Counted from the first letter of the stretch, positions 9,574 through 18,553 are shown. The stretch is DNA of 64,000 nt from a virus (IMGVR_UViG_3300021968_000069:7679-71678), one strand, 5' to 3'. Numbers and translations are program-made. The notes: generated by a model not told the origin, from the letters alone.

Positions 9574-9660
9574 TTCACATCAACTGGACGCCAGCCTCAT
9601 CAGTCTGGTCTATTAAGGCAAGGCAAGGACCCCTACTTTAATTCCTCCAATCGATGTGAA
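9574..9660 (-). ncRNA. Candidate structured RNA closed by a 15-bp helix
   Basis: TTCACATCGATTGGA pairs with TCCAGTTGATGTGAA (two G-U pairs). Confidence 0.5.
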
Positions 9661-9675
9661 ACATTTTAAAGAACT
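9661..9675 (-). promoter_or_regulatory. boxA-like motif AGTTCTTTAAAATGT
   Basis: 14/15 identical to 18922-18936; both lie at a stop codon; resembles boxA (TGCTCTTTAACA). Confidence 0.4.
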
Positions 9676-10035
9676 TTAATAATCTCTTTCATCATTTTCT
9701 TCATGCTCACCAGATGGAACACGTTTTGTCGAACCTTCTAATAACAATGCATGATTCTTTTTCACGATCTCAGATATGTTCCATGATTCAATTGGCTTCA
9801 CCTGGATCTTTTCTGCCATGAACTTGCAAGTCTCTTCATCAACAGGATTGATGGAATAGATTGCTGCTGATCCGAAGAAGCGGGTGAATGCTGGTTGTGC
9901 AGTTGTTTCAGGTACATCAACCCGAAGCATATTTGTTCCTGCAATATTTTGCTCAGTGCATTTGCCAGCGATCTTTAAATGGCCGAATAACTCAACAATG
10001 CACCATAGATCGAATTTTTGTTCTGCTGTATTCAT
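9676..10035 (-). CDS. Conserved hypothetical phage protein
   Basis: WCIVELFGHLKIAG...LRVDVP...TRFFGSAAIYSI. Confidence 0.7.
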   Translation of the reverse strand: MNTAEQKFDLWCIVELFGHLKIAGKCTEQNIAGTNMLRVDVPETTAQPAFTRFFGSAAIYSINPVDEETCKFMAEKIQVKPIESWNISEIVKKNHALLLEGSTKRVPSGEHEENDERDY

Positions 10036-10040
10036 TGAAT

Positions 10041-11204
10041 TTAATTTTTACTGAATGTTACATCGGTCAGTTGCCTTCCATTATTCCAGATACTATAATC
10101 ACCACCATCTTTATGTATCTCCATCGTCTCGATCTTGCCAAACTTTTTTACATTACCTCCGAGGTCAACAACCCATCCTTCCTTTTTAGATCCATCTTCG
10201 AAAGTGTAAGGCCTCATTACACGACCAACCATTTGATAATACAATGCAAGGCTCATTGTGCTTCTTGCAAGCAGCATGCACTCAAGGCCCGGAAAATCAA
10301 AACCAGTTGTAAGTACTCCAACATTCACCACGCAGCGGATGGCACCTGACTTAAAATCAGCCAGTATCTTTTCCCTTTTTGATTTCTCGGTTTCGCCGGT
10401 GATCAGCACTGCGCCTGGTATGTATTGCATTGTTCTTCTCGCTTCATCAAGCAGCGAACAAAAAACAAGCAGGTTTCTTCGTTTACTCAGCATGTGGTTT
10501 GCCCACTTAGCTGTCAGCTTTTCAAAATTTATTTTGCGATAAAGGAACCTGAGTGAGTCTGCTGAGAAATCATTTCCTTGTTTATTAACCTGCAGCATAT
10601 TCCTGTCAATGGCATCTATGGAGAAATACTTTAGTGGCGCCAGGTGACCAGCATCGAACAATACGCTGTTGTTTATATAGTACAGCACATCACTGAATAC
10701 CCGCTGATCAGTGGTTGTTATCCATTCAAGCATGGATCCATCGAAAGTTGAGGTGAGCCTGTAAGGAGTAGCCGTTAATCCAAGCACCTTTGCATGTGAT
10801 ATTGAATCCAGGAAGTCTTTATACATTCCATTGCTGGCATTCACCAAATGACACTCATCAATAATTATATTCTTAAACTTATTGAACAAATGATGCTTGC
10901 TGGCCACACTCCCTATCGTTGCAAAAGTGATATCATCAACCATCTTGCTGCCGGCAGAAGCGCTGTAAATCCCTGCACGATAGCCATAGCTGGTAAACTT
11001 TGCAAAATTCTGCTCCAGTATCTCTTTAGATGGCTGAAATACGATCGACTTTCCTGAAAGGTTTTTGGCAATGTTGGCGATCACAACACTCTTGCCGGAT
11101 CCTGTTGGCAATATTTCAATAGCATGATACTTTCTATCATCATGAAAGAAGTCAACGGCTTTTCCTATTGCATCGGTTTGATATGGTCGTGGAGTGAATG
11201 ACAT
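10041..11204 (-). CDS. Superfamily II DEAD/DEAH helicase
   Basis: LPTGSGKS, IIDECH, GLTATP, VLTTGFDFP, QMVGRVMR. Confidence 0.92.
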   Translation of the reverse strand: MSFTPRPYQTDAIGKAVDFFHDDRKYHAIEILPTGSGKSVVIANIAKNLSGKSIVFQPSKEILEQNFAKFTSYGYRAGIYSASAGSKMVDDITFATIGSVASKHHLFNKFKNIIIDECHLVNASNGMYKDFLDSISHAKVLGLTATPYRLTSTFDGSMLEWITTTDQRVFSDVLYYINNSVLFDAGHLAPLKYFSIDAIDRNMLQVNKQGNDFSADSLRFLYRKINFEKLTAKWANHMLSKRRNLLVFCSLLDEARRTMQYIPGAVLITGETEKSKREKILADFKSGAIRCVVNVGVLTTGFDFPGLECMLLARSTMSLALYYQMVGRVMRPYTFEDGSKKEGWVVDLGGNVKKFGKIETMEIHKDGGDYSIWNNGRQLTDVTFSKN

Positions 11205-11827
11205 TATACTTCAGCTGATGCTAATTCGTTTTCCAGTACTTCATTTTTTTCACCTTGTTTGAAAAGATTTCCCTGGCCCTTATCATCCTTCTCTTCTTCA
11301 TCTTTTTTCACCGGCGTATAATTGCCTTCTTTATACAGTGCTACTTCTAATCGAGCATTGTCGCAAACTGTTTTAAGTTCATTGTACCATTTGTAAGAAG
11401 AAAGATTGTCAAGAGTGATCTCAGGACTTTTCAGCTCCATCCATCCACCAGCCGAACTCACATACTTTGTTCCCGTCAGCTTTACTGTTTCATAACCCTT
11501 TGTGCTTTTCATTTTGAACCCTGATACCCGGTACAGTTCTGATAGTTCATGCACATGTAGCGCACCTATATCTTCAATTTCAATTTTGCTGTGTTTGAAT
11601 ACTTCATCGATAACCGCCATGTGAGCATTGAATTTTGAAAAGGCATTTAACAGGCCATCTTTTACAATACCGGATCCTTCAACCTTGTGCTTATCGCCAA
11701 TCCCTATGCCTTCGATAACTTCATATGTGTAATTACAGAAGTCATCTTTTACCGATGCTTCAATGATGGAGAAGCTGCGACCAGTTGTAAGCTGCTCTTC
11801 ATTTTTTTTCTTTTTTCCTTTTGCCAT
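11204..11827 (-). CDS. Hypothetical protein
   Basis: ORF track; 1-nt overlap with the helicase gene. Confidence 0.7.
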   Translation of the reverse strand: MAKGKKKKNEEQLTTGRSFSIIEASVKDDFCNYTYEVIEGIGIGDKHKVEGSGIVKDGLLNAFSKFNAHMAVIDEVFKHSKIEIEDIGALHVHELSELYRVSGFKMKSTKGYETVKLTGTKYVSSAGGWMELKSPEITLDNLSSYKWYNELKTVCDNARLEVALYKEGNYTPVKKDEEEKDDKGQGNLFKQGEKNEVLENELASAEV

Positions 11828-11838
11828 TAGTTTGGTTT

Positions 11839-12135
11839 TTAAGTGAATTGATATCTTTCGTTAGTATTTGTGATAGTTGTTTTAAACGGAAATCCATCTT
11901 CAGGGACCTGTTTTATTGTTTCAATTAAAGTCTTGGAACTGCACCAAGTAATATGCATTTCACCATTGATCTCTATTTGCATGTCCAGTCTCAAACCACA
12001 TGACTCATATTTTGATGGAACGATTCGGTACTTATGAACAATGATCTCCCGATTTAAAAGCCGGCTTATCTTCATCTTATCCCCTGCAAATCCTGTTTCG
12101 GGAGTTGCAATTCCCATTTCTTTAAACTGCTTCAT
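11839..12135 (-). CDS. 98-aa protein overlapping the RT stop; possible DGR accessory factor
   Basis: 14-nt overlap with RT; function unknown. Confidence 0.6.
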   Translation of the reverse strand: MKQFKEMGIATPETGFAGDKMKISRLLNREIIVHKYRIVPSKYESCGLRLDMQIEINGEMHITWCSSKTLIETIKQVPEDGFPFKTTITNTNERYQFT

Positions 12136-13081
12136 GCAATAAGGTTTTTATTAAATGATTGCTATTACAATGTTTTGCCCAACCGAGATATGAAGCTATC
12201 GATGCGTCATTCCTGTTAATAGAGATCATGCGGGCAAAATTTTGCTTGATCGCTTTTCTCAATAGAGTGTACCAATGGAAAAATCTGTACCCAACAAAAT
12301 CAATTCCTCTTGAGTCAACAGGGAATATTTGCCAGTTACCTTTTACTTCTAACCGTAGTATGTCTGCCAGGTATTGTTTGATCTTAATGAACAGTAAATG
12401 AAGATGCTCTTTACTATCGGATAGTATCACCAGGTCATCAGCATAACGGAAGTAATACTTTACTCTGAGCACTTGTTTTATCCAATGATCAAAATATGTA
12501 AGGAAGAAATTGGCGAGATATTGGCTCAGGTAATTTCCGATCGGTAGCCCGGGTGCACTGTCAATTATTTCATCAAGCAACCAAAGAAGATCTTTGTCCT
12601 TAAACTTTCTTCTGAGCAATTGCTTCATTACATTATGGTCAATTGATGGATAGAATTTCCTGATATCCATTTTCAAACAATACTGAGTACTGTGATAATC
12701 TCTTAATGCTTTTTGAACGCCATAAGCAGCCGCATGAATTCCTTTACCTTTTATGCAGCTATAAGTATCTGTTGTAAATGTTGAAACAAAAACAGACTCC
12801 AATACATTCATAATAGCATGATGGGTGATGCGATCGGGGAAATAAGGAAGCCGGTATACCTCACGTTCCTTCGGTTCAAATACTTTAAAAACTGTATAGT
12901 CAGATGTCTGATAAGTTTTATTGACCAACTGATCATGAAGAGTCAAGAGGTTGGCATCCCTGTTACGATCGTGGACCTTAACACCATACTGCCAGGCTTT
13001 ACCTTTTCGGGCTTTATTATCAGCCTCGATCAGGTTTTCCATACTGCAGATCCTTTGATATATGTTTCCGATGCGTTTCAC
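12122..13081 (-). CDS. DGR reverse transcriptase
   Basis: DIRKFYPSI, GLPIGNYLSQ, YFRYADD; no maturase/X or endonuclease domain; likely GTG start (MKRIGN) at 13081. Confidence 0.95.
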   Translation of the reverse strand: MKRIGNIYQRICSMENLIEADNKARKGKAWQYGVKVHDRNRDANLLTLHDQLVNKTYQTSDYTVFKVFEPKEREVYRLPYFPDRITHHAIMNVLESVFVSTFTTDTYSCIKGKGIHAAAYGVQKALRDYHSTQYCLKMDIRKFYPSIDHNVMKQLLRRKFKDKDLLWLLDEIIDSAPGLPIGNYLSQYLANFFLTYFDHWIKQVLRVKYYFRYADDLVILSDSKEHLHLLFIKIKQYLADILRLEVKGNWQIFPVDSRGIDFVGYRFFHWYTLLRKAIKQNFARMISINRNDASIASYLGWAKHCNSNHLIKTLLHEAV

Positions 13082-13188
13082 TTGTCTCTTTGCTTTTAAA
13101 AACTGGTCTTCACTTATGTTACCAACCAATCTTAGTTATGAGTCATTTTTTGCCAAGAGGCAGGGTCTGCGCTGCTATTAAATCTTCA

Positions 13189-13263
13189 GCATAGGTGAGA
13201 GCTGACATTCGAATTCGAGTTCTGGTTATCGTAGTCGTTGTACGAGAGACTGGAACCTGAAGA
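13189..13263 (-). repeat. DGR template repeat (75 nt, 20 adenines)
   Basis: TCT TCA GGT TCC AGT CTC TCG TAC AAC GAC TAC GAT AAC CAG AAC TCG AAT TCG AAT GTC AGC TCT CAC CTA TGC; intergenic, just upstream of RT. Confidence 0.95.
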
Positions 13264-13295
13264 AGGCCGCTCAAGCAGCACACCACCCATTCCTG

Positions 13296-13661
13296 TTATT
13301 TCAACAGGAAATATTGCTCATACAATTTTATAAACTGAGTTCCCGCATACTTTGCTAACTCCGATGATTTAAAGCAAAGGCGAGAGCCGACACCCGAAAG
13401 CGAGAGCTGGTCATCGTAGCCGAAGCACGAGAGACCGGAACCCGAAGACATGTCAAACCATGGATAGTATTTCCACTCGCTCATGTTGGTCCAATCAGGT
13501 TTCCATCCATCGTTCAATGCTTCAGCAATGATCACAAGCTTTGCGTATGCAATCGTTGAATCCTGGTGATTCTTTGGCATTGCCTTTACATCAGGAAGAC
13601 ATTTTTTTGGATCAAGCTTCAGCTTCTTACAAGCAGCTTCAAATGTTTTGATCAGTGACAT
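13296..13661 (-). CDS. DGR target protein 1 (121 aa)
   Basis: Carries VR1 near the C-terminus (SSGSGLSCFGYDDQLSLSGVGSRLC). Confidence 0.92.
   Translation of the reverse strand: MSLIKTFEAACKKLKLDPKKCLPDVKAMPKNHQDSTIAYAKLVIIAEALNDGWKPDWTNMSEWKYYPWFDMSSGSGLSCFGYDDQLSLSGVGSRLCFKSSELAKYAGTQFIKLYEQYFLLK
13374..13448 (-). repeat. DGR variable repeat VR1
   Basis: 16 mismatches to TR, all at TR adenines (9 G, 5 T, 2 C). Confidence 0.95.
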
Positions 13662-13666
13662 TGTTA

Positions 13667-14134
13667 TTATTTAATGATGAAAAAATCTGTGTACTCTTTG
13701 ATAAATTGTTTACCTGCGTATTCAGCAAGCTCACGGCTTTTAAAGCAAAGGCGAGAGCCGACACTCGAACCCGAGTTCCGGCCACCGTAGCCGACGAACG
13801 AGAGACCGGAACCCGAAGACATGTCAAACCATGGATAGTATTTGTATTGACTGTCGTTCTTCCAGTCCGGTACCCATCCTTCATTTAAAACCTCAACAAT
13901 TACTTTTATGATCTTATATGCGATCTCATCAGGAGTGTCATTATCATTGATGATGCTTGAGATCGATATCCCTTTTATCTTAAATGCATCATCAGCTGCT
14001 TTCACCCGGTCCATAATATTTTTCGGAACAAAAGTTTCCTTCCCGAAGAGATTTGCTAATACTTTTTTTACATCATCGCAGCCGCTATTATAAGCTTTGA
14101 GTGCATTTTCTTTTGTGATCTGTAGATTTTCCAT
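13667..14134 (-). CDS. DGR target protein 2 (155 aa), paralogue of target 1
   Basis: Carries VR2 (SSGSGLSFVGYGGRNSGSSVGSRLC). Confidence 0.92.
   Translation of the reverse strand: MENLQITKENALKAYNSGCDDVKKVLANLFGKETFVPKNIMDRVKAADDAFKIKGISISSIINDNDTPDEIAYKIIKVIVEVLNEGWVPDWKNDSQYKYYPWFDMSSGSGLSFVGYGGRNSGSSVGSRLCFKSRELAEYAGKQFIKEYTDFFIIK
13745..13819 (-). repeat. DGR variable repeat VR2
   Basis: 16 mismatches to TR, all at TR adenines (13 G, 3 T). Confidence 0.95.
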
Positions 14135-14144
14135 CAGTTAGTAT

Positions 14145-14885
14145 TTAAAAAGGTTTTTTATTAAAGGAGATATTCATTCCTGCATCAGCAACATGCACGG
14201 TCTTACCAGTTGCTTCTTCCACTTCACGTTTAAATCTCTTTGCATCACTATTGCCATCGCTTAAATGAATAAGAACAATATTGTTGACACTGCTGAGATC
14301 ATAAGCTTCTAATGTTTGCTTACAGGTTGCCAGGCTCATATGTGATGTGATCACCCGGTCACGCAGGAACTTTGGATTGGCCCCATCTGCTACACGCTGA
14401 TCAAGAATACCCTGGCAATAATTTGCTTCAATGATGACATTGTTTAGGCCTTTGAAATTGTATTCACAGTAATAACTATCGGTAAGGAACAGCACGGTAC
14501 CACATTCAGGATGACTTATCAAATAACCCACAGGATCCGCAGCATCATGCTTTACTTCAAATGCTTTTACCGTAAATGATCCAAGCTTGAATTCATAACC
14601 TTGCTTCACAGCTTTTGCCCGGTGATGTTTATCGGTACCCATGGCCATGTGAGTGGCAACTGTCGCCCAAACATTGATGCCAGCTCCCAATACATTACCA
14701 ACAGACTTACAATGGTCCTTGTGCTCATGAGTAACAATACAGCCAACGATCTTTGATATCTGGTAACCGATAGCTTGTTTTATTCTATCCCATTGCACAC
14801 CGCACTCAATGAGCAACGCCTCTTTGTCGTTTGACAGGATATAGGCGTTGCCGCTTGAGTTGCTATTGATGACGGTTAGTTGCAT
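14145..14885 (-). CDS. MBL-fold metallo-hydrolase (phage recombination module)
   Basis: SSGNAY, THEHKDH, HDAADP, FLTD, HMS, LIHLS. Confidence 0.88.
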   Translation of the reverse strand: MQLTVINSNSSGNAYILSNDKEALLIECGVQWDRIKQAIGYQISKIVGCIVTHEHKDHCKSVGNVLGAGINVWATVATHMAMGTDKHHRAKAVKQGYEFKLGSFTVKAFEVKHDAADPVGYLISHPECGTVLFLTDSYYCEYNFKGLNNVIIEANYCQGILDQRVADGANPKFLRDRVITSHMSLATCKQTLEAYDLSSVNNIVLIHLSDGNSDAKRFKREVEEATGKTVHVADAGMNISFNKKPF

Positions 14886-14886
14886 T

Positions 14887-15927
14887 TTAGAATGGAGCTT
14901 TCTTTTGTTCTGGTTCTTTTACTTCGCCTGTTTGCTTATCTACGTTTTCATTTTTATCAACAGGATCTTTGATCTCTTCTGCTTCTTCAAACTCCATTGT
15001 TTTTTTATTGGCATTGTCAGTGATCTCTGCTTTTACCTGGTTATCCCGGTACTCACTTTCTTTTAATATCAAAGCCAGGTAATTGCTATCGATCTTTTCC
15101 GAGTCGATGGTGATCGCATTGTAAGCAGCCCGGTAAATAGTTTTGTGAGCCATTTCATCATACCATCCTTCCACCTGTTCTTTGCCCCGCTTTACATTTT
15201 TTTGTTGAGCATCATCCCATTCCCATTTATCTTTTTCACCACCCCAAAACTCAGCTGATGCATACTCCGGTTTTCTTTTATCGATATCCTTTTTTGAAAA
15301 TACCTTTAGCCTATTCTTCTCTGGTGTTTTGAAGAAATTGTGATAATAAAATCCCCCGACTATTTCACCGCGATCAAAGTTTTCTGTCACTTCGAAAATG
15401 TAGCTTTCAACTTTGTTATTGTTATCCTTTTTTATTTGAACAAACTTGTCTTTCGCATACACCAGTTCCACCACCACTTCATCAGGCATATCAAGACCGT
15501 ATTTTTTGGCCTTCAGTTCAATACCCCGGTAACCAGGAATGAAAGTGATGTCATACTTACCGGTTGATTTATTCTTATATGGTATCGGGTTCAGTTGGTT
15601 TGGCTGAGTGGGATCAAGACCAACACTGGAGTAAATGATCACATCATTTGCCAGTTTTTGAATGTTCACGTTTTCCCAAATAAGGGGAGTGGGGTCAGCA
15701 TAACTTTTTTTCTGTTGCCGCTTTAATTCAGAATCTTTCAGCATCATATCAATCTTGATAAAGTAATTCTGGCAAAGCTTTTTTTGAAAAGAAGTGAGGT
15801 TCAGTTCGCCGCCATTGTTAGCAGAGAATTCACGCATCACCGCATTGGTGAATCTTTCAGAATGTGATGGTTGTTGTTTGGCAACCGCTGTGTCGGTCCC
15901 ATTAGGTGTTTTAATGTCTGTAGTCAT
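14887..15927 (-). CDS. RecT-family single-strand annealing protein
   Basis: GLDP...IPY, GYRGIEL, GEIVGGF, WYDEMAHKT; lies between the ATPase and MBL genes. Confidence 0.75.
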   Translation of the reverse strand: MTTDIKTPNGTDTAVAKQQPSHSERFTNAVMREFSANNGGELNLTSFQKKLCQNYFIKIDMMLKDSELKRQQKKSYADPTPLIWENVNIQKLANDVIIYSSVGLDPTQPNQLNPIPYKNKSTGKYDITFIPGYRGIELKAKKYGLDMPDEVVVELVYAKDKFVQIKKDNNNKVESYIFEVTENFDRGEIVGGFYYHNFFKTPEKNRLKVFSKKDIDKRKPEYASAEFWGGEKDKWEWDDAQQKNVKRGKEQVEGWYDEMAHKTIYRAAYNAITIDSEKIDSNYLALILKESEYRDNQVKAEITDNANKKTMEFEEAEEIKDPVDKNENVDKQTGEVKEPEQKKAPF

Positions 15928-15957
15928 AAATTATAATTTGAATTTTAATGATATTGT

Positions 15958-17967
15958 TTATGCGACCGCCGCCAATTGTGCAGCATTTTCAATTCTCAGT
16001 TTTTTATCCGGCGCTGAAACTATCAGGTTGATCAGCTGGCAATTTGTTTCCGGCAGCTTTACTACACTCTCTCTGTTATCAACCCATACCGGCGCCTGTA
16101 CTCCGTAATGATCAGAAAGAGTATTTATGATATCAAGACCAGCTTGAATCTTACCGGCTGTATTTGCATCAGAGTAAGGCACTCCATTCAGTAATGTGGT
16201 GCATGCTTCTACCTGGCCACCGTTGATCTGCTCTTCAAACATTTTAAACTGTACCAATTTGAAACGGCCATTGATACGGCTTTCCAGTGTATCCATTTTT
16301 GCCTTTGTAAATTGATCAATGGAATATTCAACACCTTCAAGGCTGGCCAGCTCCTGCGCCATGTTTTGTTCTTGCGCTTCCAGTTCTTTAATACGGGCCA
16401 GTTGTTTTTCACGCTGCTCTTTGGTTTGTAGTTCACGTTTCAGCTCATCCAGCCTGGTAGAAAGCTCTCTTTTGCGATTCAGCAGTTCAGTATTATCATC
16501 AGCTTTAAAAGGAGTGTTGATCTCTTCATTAAGCAAAGCAATCTTTTCATTGATGGCGATCCATTCTGTATTTGTTGCCACCGCTTTTTTTACCTGCTCG
16601 GCTTCATCAGCGGTTAATCTTGTATGCTCTTCGTCCAGGATAGCGATATCGGTCTGCAAAACTTCAATTTCACTTTTAAGTGAAACTCCTTTTAAAGTTG
16701 TATTAGCGATCTTTGAAGTCAGCACAAGTATTTCATCAGCCGCTTTTTTCCCTTGCGTAACTATTTCATCAAGTCTTTTTGACTTATCACTATTAAAGTT
16801 GGCCAGGAGGGTAGATTTTTTGGATTCAATATCTGAATCCTCAAATGCACGTTTGCAGGCGGGACAGTGGAAATCATTATCATTAAATACCAATTGTTCC
16901 TTATCTACATCTTCCCATTTTTTGGTGAGCTCCTGTTTATCAGCCTGGAGTCTTTCCAATTTTTTATTATCGATATCATAATCGCCCAGTAACCTGTTTC
17001 GCTCATCCAGTTTACTGCGGAGTGTGGCTTTTTTATCAATGATCACCTGCTCACGGTCACGACCAGTTTGTTGTACTTTATTTTTTTCTTCAAATTCTAT
17101 TTGCTGGTTGCGGGCACGATTATCACCCACCTCTTTTATTTTAGCAGTGATGGCAGCTTGGTGTTCCTTTGCTGCTTTTGTTTTATTCATCAGCAGGCTT
17201 TCCGTTGTGTCGAGGTTGGTAGCCGCATCATTTAGCAGGATCTCAATTTCTTTGTAATTCTTATCTTCTGGTAGTGCACGGTTTGCTTCTTCAATGCGGG
17301 AGGGTAGAAGCAGCAATTCATCTTTGAACTTTTTCTTCTTAGCAGAAATTTCTTTTTTGAATTCTTCAATTGTTTTTTTCTCCTGCAATGCTTTCACCAG
17401 TGGTTTAAATGATTCGTCATTGCCTGCGCCTATCTCATTAAGTACATCGATATCACTTATGGTACCAGCCATCTGCATTAGCACAGCACGGCGATCCTGC
17501 CATTTAAGATTATTGAAGTAAGTTGTATTGGTGATCAGCTTAAAAAGCCTTTCATCAACAAGGCCAGCGATCTTTGCCTGGTATTCTTCCTGCTTCATCG
17601 GTACGTCATTCCAGAAGTAACCGGTTTCATGACCTTTGAATTCTGACGTGGTAGCCCCTCTTGTCTTTACCCATTTTTCACGCAATGACCGGCGAAGAGT
17701 AATTTCATTTCCATCAACAACCAGTATCGCTTCCACTTCATGATCAAGATGGTGAAATGGTTGATTGTTCTCATCCAGCGTTTTTATTTCAAAATCTTTT
17801 CTGTCAGTACTGTCCTTACCGAAGAGCAACCAGAGAAAAGCATCCATCAATGTTGTTTTACCGGTAGCATTGTCACCAAGTATATTAGTCACGGAATCGA
17901 AAGCGATGGTGAGAGAGCGGATCCCTTTGAAGTTGGAGAGGGATAGTTTTTTGATTTCAATTTTCAT
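15958..17967 (-). CDS. Rad50/SbcC-like coiled-coil ATPase
   Basis: LSNFKGI, GDNATGKTT, coiled coil with central CPACKR hook, C-terminal VWVDNRE. Confidence 0.88.
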   Translation of the reverse strand: MKIEIKKLSLSNFKGIRSLTIAFDSVTNILGDNATGKTTLMDAFLWLLFGKDSTDRKDFEIKTLDENNQPFHHLDHEVEAILVVDGNEITLRRSLREKWVKTRGATTSEFKGHETGYFWNDVPMKQEEYQAKIAGLVDERLFKLITNTTYFNNLKWQDRRAVLMQMAGTISDIDVLNEIGAGNDESFKPLVKALQEKKTIEEFKKEISAKKKKFKDELLLLPSRIEEANRALPEDKNYKEIEILLNDAATNLDTTESLLMNKTKAAKEHQAAITAKIKEVGDNRARNQQIEFEEKNKVQQTGRDREQVIIDKKATLRSKLDERNRLLGDYDIDNKKLERLQADKQELTKKWEDVDKEQLVFNDNDFHCPACKRAFEDSDIESKKSTLLANFNSDKSKRLDEIVTQGKKAADEILVLTSKIANTTLKGVSLKSEIEVLQTDIAILDEEHTRLTADEAEQVKKAVATNTEWIAINEKIALLNEEINTPFKADDNTELLNRKRELSTRLDELKRELQTKEQREKQLARIKELEAQEQNMAQELASLEGVEYSIDQFTKAKMDTLESRINGRFKLVQFKMFEEQINGGQVEACTTLLNGVPYSDANTAGKIQAGLDIINTLSDHYGVQAPVWVDNRESVVKLPETNCQLINLIVSAPDKKLRIENAAQLAAVA

Positions 17968-18002
17968 ATCTTCGTTTTTTATTATTATAAAATCTCTTTA
18001 GG

Positions 18003-18028
18003 AGTCCCGCTGGCGGCGGGACTTTTTT
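18003..18028 (+). terminator. Rho-independent terminator
   Basis: AGTCCCGC-TGGCG-GCGGGACT followed by a T run on the plus strand. Confidence 0.6.
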
Positions 18029-18031
18029 ATT

Positions 18032-18286
18032 TTAAAAATTATCTGGCTTTCTTATCCAGACAATATCTTTCTTTTTATAAGGGACCACACAATTGCAACA
18101 CTCGGTTGTCAGTTTAACTCTTGGACTTGCAAGTGTTTTCATTTTAACTGTGGTAATTGAATCTGCTTTTTTAATACTTATGATCTTAACTTTTATTAGA
18201 TCCGGATTCTTTACCTGGTCAATTCCTGGCTGTGAATGGCACACAGCAGCCGTTAGTAAAATGGATATGGTAATGAGTAGTTTCAT
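18032..18286 (-). CDS. Small secreted protein
   Basis: Start moved to MKLLITISILLTAAVCHS/Q (signal peptide, cleavage before Gln); ATGA overlap. Confidence 0.6.
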   Translation of the reverse strand: MKLLITISILLTAAVCHSQPGIDQVKNPDLIKVKIISIKKADSITTVKMKTLASPRVKLTTECCNCVVPYKKKDIVWIRKPDNF

Positions 18287-18426
18287 TTGTTGAATGAGTT
18301 TTTGCGTTCCCATCTTGCCGGATCAGGACAACCACTTCTATTTGTTGTGGCACATGATGCAAGTATTGAAACAATCACTATGAATATTATCCACTTAATG
18401 ATTGATCTGTTGTTTTCTTTTTTCAT
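18283..18426 (-). CDS. 47-aa lipoprotein (ILAS-C ... SGCP)
   Basis: Read by hand: MKKENNRSIIKWIIFIVIVSILASCATTNRSGCPDPARWERKNSFNK. Confidence 0.65.
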   Translation of the reverse strand: MKKENNRSIIKWIIFIVIVSILASCATTNRSGCPDPARWERKNSFNK

Positions 18427-18553
18427 TTATCTTTTGATTTTTTATTATTAAATACACTATGAAGAAAGCCGCAACGATCACAAAACCCCACACTACATTG
18501 TCAAACCAATGGGGCTGATCTTCCCAATGCCCGTATTTGTCGTACATCATCAT
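18395..18553 (-). CDS. 52-aa single-TM protein
   Basis: Read by hand: MMMYDKYGHW...VVWGFVIVAAFFIVYLIIKNQK. Confidence 0.5.
   Translation of the reverse strand: MMMYDKYGHWEDQPHWFDNVVWGFVIVAAFFIVYLIIKNQKINEKRKQQINH

Larger units (their letters stand above)
11839..14134 (-). mobile_element. Diversity-generating retroelement: target2-target1-TR-RT-small ORF
   Basis: RT plus a TR/VR1/VR2 trio with adenine-only mismatches. Confidence 0.96.

Noticed and set aside
9596-9603. CTGATGAG as a hammerhead ribozyme core
   Set aside because: No GAAA after the putative stem II and no matching stem III/cleavage triplet
12122-13129. RT as a group II intron, retron or Abi RT
   Set aside because: It has the GxxxSQ DGR-type motif, no maturase or endonuclease domain, and an adjacent TR/VR set with adenine-only mismatches
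13639-13888. Alternative ORFs across VR2 and the target junction
   Set aside because: They overlap the real target genes and arise from the stop-poor VR sequence
16319-17521. Plus-strand ORFs opposite the Rad50-like gene
   Set aside because: Ser/Leu-rich antisense shadows of a coiled-coil gene
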